DNA from: Rhodosorus marinus CCMP1338
Taxonomy: Eukaryota > Plantae > Rhodophyta
DNA length: 64,000 nucleotides
NCBI GenBank assembly: GCA_029953675.1
Contig: JAMWBK010000007.1
Coordinates: forward strand, 2,108,001 to 2,172,000
Reading direction: 5' to 3'
Under the pieces are notes generated by a model. It saw only the letters and a program-made list of their open reading frames with translations. It was not told the DNA's origin and ran no database searches. The position numbers and the translations under genes were made by a program. Of this stretch, positions 33,570 through 46,099 are shown in pieces (position 1 is the stretch's first letter; each line of letters begins with the position of its first letter).

Positions 33570-35659
33570 CTACAACAGCATCGAGACTGGGTTCTCGATG
33601 AACTTTTTCATATGCTTCATCCATTGTGCGCCCACAGCACCGTCTACATGCCGATGGTCACAGCTCAGGGTTAGAAACAAAGTGCTTTGCACCTTTTGCG
33701 ACAGAGAAGAGGAATAAAAGAGCTACTTCAGCGGTACTGCAACATCCTCAAAAACGAAGTGACATGCTGAGGGCCATGGTACCTTCAGGTCATCACCATC
33801 AATCTTTGCAGACTGCTGCACGGCACCTATTGAGAGCGTTCCGGCTTGATTATTGAATACGAGCGGGGTTGAGTTCTTGACACCGTAGTCGCTAAGGTCG
33901 CTAATTGCCAGAGTTCCCCCACTGCTCTCCTCAGGAGTTAGCAATCCCGCCTTCCCTTTCGCATCCAGATCGCTGACCTCTTCAGCGATCGTTTCAATAC
34001 CTTTCCTGTCTGCGTTCCTTAGAACACCAAAAACTGGTCCTTGATTTGTGAACACTTCTACGGAAAGGTCAACGTGTTTCAATCTTCGAACCGCAGACCC
34101 CATCAAGGTGCCCCCAAGCGCAGGTTCCTAAGCGTTGGAGATCGAACAATGTTCACGATTGTCAAAGACGGATTACGTTTGAAGCAACAAGAACGGCTTC
34201 CCGCAGTAGTCAGCGCTTCCTAGTTGCACTCCATGCTTTCCATGATTGTTGTTGTCGGGTGTACTACCTTTTGAACGGCGACTGCGGCCGCCTTTATCAT
34301 AACATCGCGGAGTTTCAAATTGGTCTTCTCCTTCTCGTTCCATTCTTCAATCATCTGCAACAGCTTGTCTACATTGCATTCAACATTGAGGTAAAAGTGA
34401 GGCACGGTTTGCTTGGAAGCAACAGCCCTCTCAGCGGCAGCCTGACAGACGAACAAAACGTAGACAATCAATTGCGCTTGAGCTCCTTCATCACGTCTTC
34501 CATATTCACTAGACGCCTTCACGAGCTGGCTCTAGTCAATTACCTTCCTGATCGGCCCTACGGCAACTTCATAGTACCCTTCCTCACGCCGATCTACGAC
34601 GGTTGGCATTGGAACGGCGCCCAAGCTAGCGTCCGCTTGCACAAGGAAATCAGAGGATGCCATATAGGCTTCCAAATCCTTCATCGTGACACTTCCGTAC
34701 ATGCCAGTTCCAACGACCTTGTTGAGTTCAATCCCTGCTTCAGCAGCATGCTTGCGTGCTCGAAAGCTTGCAAAGACTCCCTGGTAGTAGGGAGCACATT
34801 CGATTGTGGTGTCAGTTAGAAACCTAGGTCTTCTTGTCTATCTGACATTCTGCACACGGATGAGCCGATATGTACCGATCGAGGAAGCGCTGCCGGTGCG
34901 GAAACGGTAGGGTCCGTCGATACTGGAGTCGGGCTCGCCGCTACCGGCTCGACGGGAACAGGATCAGGGGTGGTTGGGACGTCCGGTATGGAAGGATTGG
35001 ATGGGAACATGTCGCTATCGGCGTCTGCGGCTGCTGCCGATGGAGAATAGTCTGCAAACGCCGCGACATCGCTTTGGTTCTCCACAATCACGCAAATTGG
35101 AGTCCCGATGGGGATGTCATTGGTACCGTCGGGGAGCAATATCTGGGATGATCCCATCAAAGTTTGATTGACCCCAGGTCAAGAAGAGAAGCGAATTGCG
35201 CGTGAGATTGGCGTTCCTTTGTTTCCGAGCATCATCCCACAGTGCTGAATGTGGGTCATTTACCTTTGCTAGAAAACCGTCATCGGTTGTATCAAAATCC
35301 AACGTGGCCTTGTCTGTCTCGATCTCGGCAAGCGAGTCTCCTGCAGAAACCGCGTCCCCCTCAGCCTTCAGCCATTTCACAATATTGCCAGTGTCCATAG
35401 TTGGAGAGAGTTTCGGAAGCCCCAGTTCATTGTGCTGGGGTAGCGATGACATGGTCCGGCGCAAGAAACCACCGTTCGCTATCCTGCTGGATGTCCGGAG
35501 GTCCGAAAGCCACTCACGTGCCAAGGTGCTGAGCTTCCTCCCACTAACGGAACCGTAAGATCTCAGGAACGAGGCTTCATTCTCGGGGACAGTCGAGCTG
35601 AGCCCAATTCGTGCACCCAGAATGACTCTCTGCCAGCGCCGTCCCACCATCGTACGCAT
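33570..35659 (-). CDS. DLAT: Mitochondrial pyruvate dehydrogenase E2 (dihydrolipoamide acetyltransferase)-like protein, one lipoyl domain, divergent core
   Basis: Mitochondrial-type presequence. [37 protein letters not shown] (lipoyl Lys). PSBD-like [34 protein letters not shown]-terminal [18 protein letters not shown]...IENPVSMLL*. Confidence 0.88.
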
Positions 35660-36868
35660 CTATCCCGATCAAATCCGCCCAGAAGGGCGAAGTTCCACCA
35701 CAACGAGCCACACAAAAAAGAAAATAACACCGCTACTCAATATATCTCAAAAGCGAACCGTTCCAACTTCAAACGATCAAATCATACCCAGCATTCAACA
35801 GGACCAAGGACCAACCCTATCCATCACCATTGACATTGTAATATTACCAACATCACACCATTTCCCTCCTCTATTGACGGAAGATCCAAAAGCAACTACG
35901 TTAAGATTCCTCACAACTATCAGACTTGAACCGCCGCTTTTTTTACGTCTATTAGGGAAGGTCCGAAATCAATCATGCACCCGCGAAACCCCGTCTCGTA
36001 ATAACAGATTCGTCTGCGCGAGACCGATCAAGCCAAGCGAACAACACCAGCCCGAAGCATTTGGGTACAAACCGATCCACACTCATCGGGCCGAAAAAGT
36101 CCTTTCAGGCCCACCCATTGGTGGCGGTGAGTCTGTGAAACTGAAAAACCAACGACAACTTAACACATGTCTATATATCCTCTTAGAGACAATTATATAT
36201 AAGCCACGTGTCCTTACAACCAAACAGGACTGATTGATTGGGCAAGGTATGCCGCTGACTGTGCTATTTATTGCAGACGTTGAATCCATGAGTAGTTAAA
36301 CTTGTATATACATTTCAAGACAACTTGTTTTTTTTAGGAAAGAATTTCTATTCTAGACGTATCATGCATTGATTTTGGATTTTAGGGGTAAAGTTGGAAT
36401 GGAATGGATGCGGACCTAAAATGGCATCTCGATGGTGGAATGGGTAATTCAGTCACGATAACATGGCTTGTTCAAGGAGGGTCTCGGCTTTCTTGCATAA
36501 GAGGACTCACTGGGTGAACTGATCTCTGAGAATTTCTGTCGTCTATTTGGAGGGGGCAAGGTTGATCGTAGGCAGCACGAAATGAGATGAATTGAAGACG
36601 CCGGTCCTGGTTGAGAGCGCGGGCATGGGAGCCGGCGTCTGCTGAAATCTGAGTCTTGCGCGTTCCGAGTTTCGATCAAGCGAGTAAAGAGCTTGCCTGC
36701 GATTTTGTGATGTAAAACCTGGTTCATTTTGAAAGTAGGGCTTTCCGATATGGATTCGGGGCAGCGAAAGGGTATCACGGTATGGTCCTTTGCTGAAGCG
36801 CTTTTTTGAATACATGTATGCTCACCTTGTATTTGCTTGGTTTGCTGAACCTGTGCGCCTCGTCTGAT

Positions 36869-38231
36869 ATGAAACGCATCCGTTCTGAGACAGGTCCCGA
36901 GCGCGGATCAAGTTCTGGCGGAACAAATTAGAGAAGGGAAAGAGAAGAGGAGTTTATTCTCTTCAGTTGCTGAAGGTTCAAGCGATAGTGCCACCAACGC
37001 TAAGAGAAGCGAGCGCCCTGGTTCTAGGGAGCTGGAAAGCTCTCCAGACGTGGGTCAAAAGCGACAACGTCCCGATTCGAGGAAAACGAGTAGTTCGCCA
37101 GAGCTCACACGCGGAGGGTTTCAAGGGGAGGCTTTGTCCCTATCTTCAACGGAAATTTCAACGCGAGGCATGAAAATTTCGGATCCAACTGCCCCTGCGA
37201 GTGTCGTCGAGCCACAGATTCGTGTTCACGTTGCCTCTGATCAGGCGCGGGTAATGGAAGAACTCAAAGACGATGCTAGGAATCTTTTGTCTGTACTGTC
37301 TACGGAGTCGCGACCTGGACGCCTGACCTGAAAAAAAAATCGTGATCTCGCTGCATAAATGAACAGGCGAAAACCGGGCTCGTCATCAACAAGAAGCAGT
37401 CTGGAAATCCACTCTTGAGACATATCCGGGATGTGGCTTACCATTTCAGCGACACCGTCGTCCCAGATTTGTAAGTTGCCTATTTCATTTCACGCTCCTC
37501 CGCACTGAGTGACTCGGAAGACTCTTAAGTTTTGTATGCTCTAAATGCAACCACTCGGGACAGCCTTCTCGGTCAGCACGCTTGCGCAATTTTCATTAGC
37601 TTAAGGTACCACCTACTGTACCCAGAATACATTTACGGGAGAATCAGAAGAGTTGGAAATCTCTATCGCACGAGAGTACTCTTGTGCCTTGTGGATGTAC
37701 AGGACCATGAGCGTTCTCTCCTGGAAGTAAGTCGGGCGTCTGTCGCTTGACCTCTGCTTGGGCATCCTGGGCCGCTACTGACTTTTAACTCTTCAACTCG
37801 CACAAACTTTGAAGTTTGCGAAACTTTCAATTATTTACGAATGGGTGCTAATATGTGTGTCTAACAACAAAGAAGCCGGGAGGTATCTAGAAAGCTATAG
37901 AATCTATGAAAACAAATCGGCAGACAGCATCATGCAGCGTGTTGACGAGGACTACTACTCCAAACTTCATGGGACCCTGTCATCTGTTAGAATGGTCAAC
38001 AAAACAGATGTGAAAAGTCTGTCTATGAATTTTGGCTCCTTGAAGAACATAGTGCTTGCTCAGAAAGAGGTTCGTGATCCAAAGATGTGGACGTCCAAGG
38101 ACAGGATATTGCTGACTCTGGTTCTTGTCCGCGGGTAGGAACTGCTGCGTTGTCCCGGAATCGGAGACCAGAAAGCGATAAGGCTTTACGATGTATTCAA
38201 CGCACCCATTCGCAAGCGTACCAGTTCCTAG
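36869..38231 (+). CDS. ERCC1: DNA excision repair protein ERCC1 (multi-exon; true start may lie further upstream)
   Basis: VINKKQSGNPLLRHIRDVAYHFSD.VVPDF; LGQHACAIFISLRYHLLYPEYIYGRI; RVLLCLVDV; EAGRYLESYRIYENKSADSI; VNKTDVKSLSMNFGSL; ELLRCPGIGDQKAIRLYDVFNAP (HhH2). Confidence 0.95.
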
Positions 38232-39628
38232 CTGCTTTATCAATTCCTGTACTCTACATAGGAGAGTAAGCGCATACTTAAGTTCTGTACTTTCCCGCGT
38301 ATGTGTAGAAAAGTAATAGTTCCCGTTCACTCTGTGGTCTGGCGTTTCGCTGCCTGAGCGAGAGCCAGATATTTTCTATTACGTGGGTAACCCTTGAAAC
38401 ATCGGGGAGGACGTGTTGCGCGCAGTATGATAGTGAGACTACTGCGTGGGACGACGAACCGCTTTGTTCTCCCTCAATTGAGGTCGTCAAACCACTACCA
38501 GGGAGCTCTGTTACTGAGGCGCGATTAGTGCGACTCTGAAGGCTCTACGTTTACTTGGAAAGCATCAGATCCTAGTGCCGAGGCGCCGAAATGACACAGT
38601 TCGCGTCCAATATCGAATCTCGTTAGTTTACTGGACTCTTCGCTTAGCACTAGAGAAAAGCAGCAAGGCTTCCACGTAGGCCATCAGCTGCTGATGCCCA
38701 TAACCAGATGCTTCGGGCAAGTGGCTTTTCAGGGAGTAGTGGAGTACCTGCGATTGTTCGAGAGCACCAAACCCGACCTTTTTCGGATCAAAGGGAACGA
38801 TCAATATCCAACTGTGTACTGTCAAGGTATCATCTCAATATTGATTTATCGATTATTCATCATAACCATTTCAAATATTCAAAAATTGCCATCGCGACCA
38901 ATGGAGGTCACGTATTTTCGCTATTTAGCCGTTACATTTAGGAGTTGCACTAAATACTCTTCTATTTAGCAGAACCCCGGGTTAGGAAGAATTTGTTGAC
39001 TTGTGGAAGACCTGCTGCCTATGTATGAATGGGCATCTAGTCGATGTGGAAACTTCAGTTTCAGATGATGGACAGCCTAGAATAGGCTGTTCTACGGGAA
39101 AAAAATGAAGACTAGCTGACCATTCCACGGGAAAGGGGGGGGATAGCTGTCACAAATCTGCTCGGTTTAGAAAAAAGCAACGTTGAACCAGCTTTCGGAA
39201 TCGTCTTTTGTTTTCCCTATTGCAACACGAAGCAATCACATTCTTCCGAAAACTAATTGTCGGGAAGAATTAGGGATCCAAGAAAAGCAGAGGATTACTG
39301 TGTTCTGAGTATCATCATACAACCGTAACAGGACAAACCACCGACAATACCTCAGAGCGTCTGCCCAAAGCATCGTAGAAGTACAGCCATTAGTGGACTT
39401 CTGCTTGGTGTTTTTCTTGCAAACTGAGTTGTTCCGTTCTGAAGCGGCTGCTGGCTTGTCAGGGTGGTTGTAGTCAAGAGGTTTAGGGTTGCTATTCGTG
39501 TTTCTGATAATGAGCGTTTCCAAGAAATCGTGGGTCGTATTCAGCAGCAGGGGGTAGGAGGGGCTTGACGGGAGAGTCTTGAGGAGGGCAGTGAATTGGG
39601 CGGTTCCTGGAAACAGAATTATTTGCAA

Positions 39629-42600
39629 ATGACTTCATCGCAGGTCGAAGTTATCCTCAGTTCCTTAAGGGATATGTGTCAGTCTCGGCTAGAAGAGCTT
39701 GATTCAGAATTCCAACATAATCTCGCATGGCTGGCAAAGACAACGGAGAGGACTAGGAAAGCTTTAGCTGTAAATCCTCTGAACATTGGACTAGTCAGCG
39801 CGGGACCAACAAGAGCCAGGAAGGTTATTTCCAAGACAGGTCAGAACACCAGCTCACAAGACAAGAGGAGGCAGCTGAACCGGCGGCGCAGAAGTTCGCC
39901 GAGGACTCGAAAAGCTCAAGACGAGAACAAAGAGAACAGTGTGTTGGTGAATGTGACAAACAACCCTGAGCGGCTTTTACGACGGTACAACTTTGCACGA
40001 AAACCGGTATTTGTTGAAATCCAAAGGCTCAACCGTTCCCAACCTTTTTTTTTTCCAAACAGGAACAGATCCAGAGCACTCCGGCCAGACAAGTCCAGAA
40101 CTACTCCGACTATGGTGGGTCCCCAATCTTTTGAAAAGGGCCAGGACTCTGTCATGATTGTTGATGAAGCTCTGGGCTGCCGTGAGACTCGATCACCTTC
40201 GACAGCCAAGTCTCCGTGTACCACTGAATACAAGGAAGACACTCCGATTGAAGCGGTGCCGGAGGAAGTCGTCGATCACTCTGAGCAGGCAAATGGAAAA
40301 CGCGATCATCAGATGGAGTGGACGGGATCTTGTCAGGCGAATCAAGTTCTCTCTCCCGAGCTGGAAACGCGTGTTTCCAGAACTTCTGAAGACCTTGCTG
40401 AGACACAGGAAATCCCAAAGAGTTCTATTCGGGAAAGCCCGAAGAGTCCTATGCTAAGTGAAACTGGAGGCCGTAAACCAGTACCGAGAAAGTCGAGATC
40501 GCTAAGATCAAATTCAGCTGGACGGGAAGAAGTTGTGCCCAAGAAATTGCTGCCCGAAAACCGGAAGGAATCTGAGATCTCGGAACCAAAAAAGGGCAGC
40601 ACCAGTTCGAATCCGCCTAAGAGGGGTTCGTCAAGGGGAAGGAAGAGGTCATCGTCTGCAATGGAGGCTGGGCAGAGGGAACCTGGGAAAATGTCACTGC
40701 AGAAATCAAGTGTTGCTTTCGACGTAGACGAGAACGGTGGAATTTCAGTTGCGGGTCTGGGCGCTCTCGCGGGACTTGATCTGAAGAACTCTGAGGGCAA
40801 ATCTATTAAGCCAATAGAAGGTCCAGCAAAGAAGATTAGGCTTGCGAAAGTGGCGTCTAATATTTACGTAAACAGACTAGGAGCAGAAAAGCTGGTCGAG
40901 CAAAAAGCGGAGTATGCAACCGAGGAGAAACAAACGGATGCACAGGATTCTCATCCTGTTGAGATCTCGAAAGAGAAGAACAGATGGTCCGAAGCAAAGG
41001 TGAGTTGCGAGGTGGTGGCTTTCGATTTCGTCCAGCACGCATCGGGCGCACTTCCTCGTATCTCTGGCTGGTCTTAACATGAAAATCTGGTCCATGTAAG
41101 ATGCAGGATGAAGGTACCACATCCGGAGAACGCAAAGGCGAACAGACGCATAGAGAGACTCCTGTAGTTGCCGAAGATGAAGTGCAGAGCCCTCACCTTG
41201 AGACTAGTCAGGATAATAGACAAACCGTCAGTGAAGTAGTAGCGGAACGGAGTGGCGAGCGAGATGAAGACGAGAATTTCGATGGGAGCATTAGCCGCGC
41301 AGCTCCTTCTACGCTTGAATCTGGGACTGCTCACAACAACACGGATTCAGGACAGGGGACTGGAGGAGTCAACGACTGCTCGCGAACGTAAGCATCTCCG
41401 ATATGGGAGACCTTGGGGAGCAGCCATGATTCGGAACTGAATTGTCAAACTTCCTTCGGAACCCTTTGTTATTTTTCTTGCGCCAAGGCTCGGAGAAGTG
41501 AGTGAACGAAAATCATGTGACGTCACAGAGACGCAAAGATCGTAAGTAGCTAAAACTGCCTTTGGACGCGGGACTGAGTTGAGGTACATGCTTTCTCATT
41601 TGTTTTTGAACCGCGGTCTTTTTTCAAACCTATTTCTGCCCTCAGCAATGAGGAGAGAGGTGAATCTACTCCGACACGAGTCTTGGACTTTGAAGCAGAA
41701 GCTGACGATCACGAGGGACACGAAGGCTCACCATCTGTGAAGACACCATCGCGCCTGGCAAACCTGGTCACGACGATGACATCATTTCTACCGGTGCTTG
41801 GAGGTAGCAACAATCCGCAAGATGGGGCCACGAGCTCAGAAACTGAGAAGCTTGAGATGGCGACTACGAAGAGAAAGGAGCTTGAGAAGCGCGAGGAAGA
41901 GCTTGCAGAAAAGAGGAAAGCAGCTGCTGCAGCCAAGATGAGGGAACATGAAGAGAGACAGAAGCGAGCTGAGATGAAGCGAAGAAAACTCGCAGAACTA
42001 GTAAAGCAAAAAGAGCTTGAGAGAAGAAAAAAGGAAGAGGAGAGACATAAACGTCTGAAGGAACAGGAGCTGGCCAAAAAGAAGCAACGTGAAGATGAGG
42101 TATTGTGGGATTTCTGCACCTCGAATAACTAAATGCAGCCGAGCTGATTATGCTCCTATATCTGAATCAATCCAGGAGGTGCGACGAGAGGAGAGGAGGA
42201 AAAGAATTGAGGAGCACAAACGCAAGCTCGCTGAACAAGAAGAGGCCCGAAGACGAGAGCTTGAACTGCGGCTCGCGTCGAGTAAATACGAAGCTTCTAT
42301 GGCTCAAGCTCGAGATGCTGCGCTGATGCCTCCTCCCAAGTCGATCCCGTCCAAGCATACACCTCAAGCGAAGAACAAGGCAACCGAGGAGGAACTTTCG
42401 AGCTACCAAATGACGACGGAAAAGAATGACAACGATGAGGACAGTACTGACGAGGAATCTAGTACGAGGAATAACAAGAAGATTCCAGTTTGGGCCAGAC
42501 AACCTCATCTCAACCGGGCGCTTGAAGACCAGGATAAGGTATGTCGAACCCAACACTAATCAGTCTCGCCCGGACAGCACGAACCTTGTAGAAATTCGAG

Positions 42601-42944
42601 TTGTTCCCCTGGGTAAGACTCTGATCAAGATTCATTGCTTCGTGCTTGTCAGGCGCTTCGAGACCCTGATACCATATTTCCGAGAACCAGCGCTACATGT
42701 GACCTGGAGGAAGTTTTTGCTGAGGAGAAGAAGAAGAAGAAGAGATATAGGTATGATCAGAGCTCACATTGCCTGTTCACAATGTTCCCTCTACTCCTAT
42801 CCCAGTCGCCCGGCTGATTGCTTACAACGGAGTTTGATCGCATGTGCTTCGCACAGAACAAGAGGCAGCTCATCGAACTGGGTCAGGGACCGGCTCACTT
42901 GGAAGGAGGAAATGGACTATAAGAAAGCTGTCGGTCTGATGTGA
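39629..42944 (+). CDS. INCENP: Inner centromere protein INCENP (chromosomal passenger complex scaffold), multi-exon
   Basis: N-terminal helix CQSRLEELDSEFQHNLAWL; long Ser/Arg-rich disordered region; E/R/K single-alpha-helix segment; IN-box IPVWARQPHLNRALEDQD..DPDTIFP...CDLEEVF...RY R|TRGSSSNWVRDRLT. Confidence 0.85.
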
Positions 42945-44011
42945 ACTCTTATAAATAATTATCCTTAAGAAAATTCATCTTGTTTTTGTCATGAGGGTCT
43001 TCCCTTCGCGGTCTTCGGCTGTCTCGGGAAAAACAGTTATACTCCTGCCGTGGTTTGGTTCTTGAATACGCTTCATTCGTATTCGCCTATTATGGCAGAG
43101 GAACCCTGGTTATCGTCCATGAGGTCTAGACCACAAGCCAAGAACGCTCTTGGAATTCCTTCCACTGTGCTGCCACTCGGCGAGACCTCTGGAGTCCTTG
43201 AAGGCTGGTCTACGGCTGGCCTTCAACGGAGATTTCCATCTGATGCGCAAATGCCACATGCACAATGTGAGATGATTGACTTGACAACAAAACGGGGACC
43301 ATCATTCATGTTGTCCCGCTCTGACTTGACGTTCCCGATTTTGTAAGATGGGGACATATGTCCCGCTTGAAGCAGTAAATCTTGTGCTACTCTGACTATC
43401 CTGGATCATCTGTTTCCCCCTGGCCATGGCAATAAGCGGTGGTTGTGCTCAATAATCGTCAATTTCTTGGAGAGGTTTGGTCGCTGGATGGCTGTATAAT
43501 GGGTTGCTGATCGAACAGTGTTGAAAGCAGTTAATTCTTGGAACTCTGATAGTTTGCAAGACTTGTGCCACTGACGACTAGTATTTTCCTTTCGAGTTGA
43601 ATTTCCGGCGAGAATGCCGTACCGATTAGTCTTGTGAAGTGTTCACGGGCGCTATGGTATTGGTGATATTTGCCCCCGCCCATTGAAGCAAGCCTTGATC
43701 GAAGCTCAGAATCAAGGAATCCTGTCTAAGACCCGGTCACGGACCAATCGAAGCCGCAATTGGGCTTTGCTCGATCGTGTGAGCGTAGACCTTGTACATT
43801 GCCTCCAGAGCTGTGGAGTTCTACTAGAGTTAGTGTGCCTCATCGCGGACTGAATCGCGAAAAAATCTGAAGCACCAGCGCTCAATGGGAGAAGAGGAGG
43901 CCGACAGTAGGGAAATAGTTCAGCTGCTATTTGTTTAAAAACCTGGAGGTCCTTAAGACCTACACGCAGTAGGCGCGTCAATTTTCGGCAGGAAAACTCG
44001 GCTAAATGAGC

Positions 44012-44033
44012 TCAGCTGGACGCGTCCAGCTGA
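44012..44033. promoter_or_regulatory. Perfect 22-bp palindrome (E-box - ACGCGT - E-box)
   Basis: TCAGCTGGACGCGTCCAGCTGA equals its own reverse complement and lies in intergenic DNA. The regulatory role is inferred. Confidence 0.45.
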
Positions 44034-44612
44034 AACTCGAGCCTTGTTGCTCTCCTAACTATCAGAAGATCCGGTCGATAGATTGTCCACATATCACTAA
44101 CTTGTCTTAAATTTAGTCATTCGATTCTCTAATTAGTGCGCTAATTTAACGCCTACAATTGATACTCATGAATTAGTATATGTTGGAGAAACATATATCT
44201 TAATCATAAATCCAACAGTATTTCATGCGTAGAATGTTAGAAAAACATGACCTCCGTTTTATTTCTCCAAACTTCGGTGCCTACGCCGTTAGTAAACGGC
44301 CAACATAGAGAAACGTCTTTGTTTTAGAGAGATACTCTTTATATTTGGTATGTTATGGTAAAGTAATTTGCATGTTTTTGTTTATACTTGACGTGGCTTC
44401 ACGCAGTGTTTCGACTGCGAGGCACTGAAGCTGGTGATTGATGGTGTACTGTTCTGCGTGTGGTAGGACATGGCTCTTCTTGGCTCTTGAAAGGTATAAA
44501 GTGTCCGAGGTCAAGAGCAAAGGAAGTTCAAGGGTCATTTTGGTCTAGCAAAGGAGCATCTGGAATGGGAGGGGGCTCTAGCGAAGGGATCTTGGAAGCG
44601 GGGGGGGTTGTT

Positions 44613-46074
44613 ATGACCCCCCGTACTGGAAAGCGAGCATGGAACCGGGAGAGACTAAGGCGCATGAATAAGCCGCCGATAAGGGTAGTGGTTGTGCTTT
44701 TCGCCATTTGCGTAATAGCTTATCGAACTCTGTGAGTAGCTGCGTTTTTCTGCTTCTGTTGGGGGGCCCTCGCGTATTGCTGACTGGTTCCGAGGCTTTT
44801 TTTCTTTTGGGGGCCTTAGCTGGTCGACAGGCACCATGATCACTTCATTTTATGAAGCGTCAGACCCGAGCAACACTTCCCATTTAGGAACCGAAGCGGA
44901 AGAATTCAAAGGGATAAACTTGGCAGACCACAAAGCGGACTACGAGGACTATCAGCACGAGCACAAAACTCCCCAGTCCCCTCACGAAGGCGGTTACGGG
45001 TACAACATGGAGACACTTGTTGACGAGGATGATGAATACTATGACGAGAACGATGAAGACGATGATATCGATCGGGACCCTTACTACGATGAGCAAGGTG
45101 AAGAAGGCGAAGAAGAAGAAGACGAAGATGATACTGCAGCTGAGGAAGATGATGCGGATGCGGTGGACTCGGGATACTACGGTGATTCGCAGGACAAAGA
45201 GGAGGCTGAGGGAGGTGACAAATATGGGGAGTACGACGGCGAGTCTGAGAACGTACAAACGGGACTGGATATTGAGGTGTCAAATGACGGGGCCGCTGGT
45301 GATTTCGCTGTTGCCAGCGTGAATGATTCTGCCGGGCACGAAGACGGACACGATGAGTCTTATGGTGAACACGAGGACGAAGAGTCTTATGGTGAAGCCG
45401 AGGACAAGGAGTCTTATGGTGAAGACGAGGACGATGAGTCAGAAGATAATGCAGGCATCGGGGATGGTGAGGATGGCTTGGAAGGAGACGAAGGGGATGG
45501 AGACGAAGGGGAAGAATATGAAGGTGAAGAAGATGAAGTTGAAGAAGATGAAGGGGAAGCAGATGAAGGCGGAGAAGATAGAGGGGAAGAAGATGAAGGG
45601 GAAGAAGATGAAGGGGAAGAAGATGAAGGGGAAGAAGATGAAGGGGAACAAGATGAAGGGGAAGAAGATGAAGGGGAACAAGATGAAGGGGAAGAAGATG
45701 AAGGGGAAGAAGAGGAAGGGGAACAAGATGAAGGGGAACAAGATGAAGGGGAAGAAGATGAAGGGGAACAAGATGAAGGGGAACAAGATGAAGGGAACGA
45801 AGATCAAGGGGAAGACGACAATATCGATTCTGCGGAAGATGGTTATGCAGTAGACAAAGATGAACCTCCAGTCGACGTTGTAGCGGCCGGCCATCAAAAG
45901 CAGGAAGCTGATGCGGGCATGGGTGCAAACGCTATGGGAGCCAATACCGAAGCTGTGGAAGTCGAAAGTGAGGGTGGTATTGTGGATGGTGGGCTAGTCC
46001 CCAGCTACGATGCAGGAAGAAACACAGGAAACACAGCGTTTACTTCAACGGACGTGCATGCAGGCGTGGTCTAA
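44613..46074 (+). CDS. Highly acidic type II membrane protein with EEDEG/EQDEG pentapeptide repeats, about 457 aa (intron 44732-44819; 3' end could include one more exon)
   Basis: Basic N-terminal tail MTPRTGKRAWNRERLRRMNKPP, then TM segment IRVVVVLFAICVIAY. Splicing GTGAGT...CCTTAG joins in frame to the 412-aa acidic ORF (RTL|WSTGTMITSF). Confidence 0.7.
45355..45435 (+). repeat. 27-bp coding tandem repeat x3 (ESYGE[HAD]ED[EKD])
   Basis: gagtcttatggtgaaNNNgaggacNNN occurs three times. Confidence 0.9.
45586..45810 (+). repeat. 15-bp coding minisatellite x15 (GAA[G/C]AAGATGAAGGG = E[E/Q]DEG)
   Basis: Units counted by hand. Degenerate units precede it from about 45490. Confidence 0.97.
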
Positions 46075-46099
46075 GCAAAGTCTTTCTGGTGCTACCGAT

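Noticed and set aside
35622-36233. 203-aa plus-strand ORF
   Set aside because: It lies antisense to the G/T-rich 5' leader of the E2 gene, has a T/P/I-biased composition and no domain.
44884-45928. Long overlapping ORFs over the acidic gene (+ KKMKG repeat 45323-45853; - LHLLP 44906-45928; - FPFIF 45439-45897)
   Set aside because: The 15-mer GAAGAAGATGAAGGG has no stop in five of six frames, so these are shadows of the repeat. Only the EEDEG frame connects to a spliced N-terminus.
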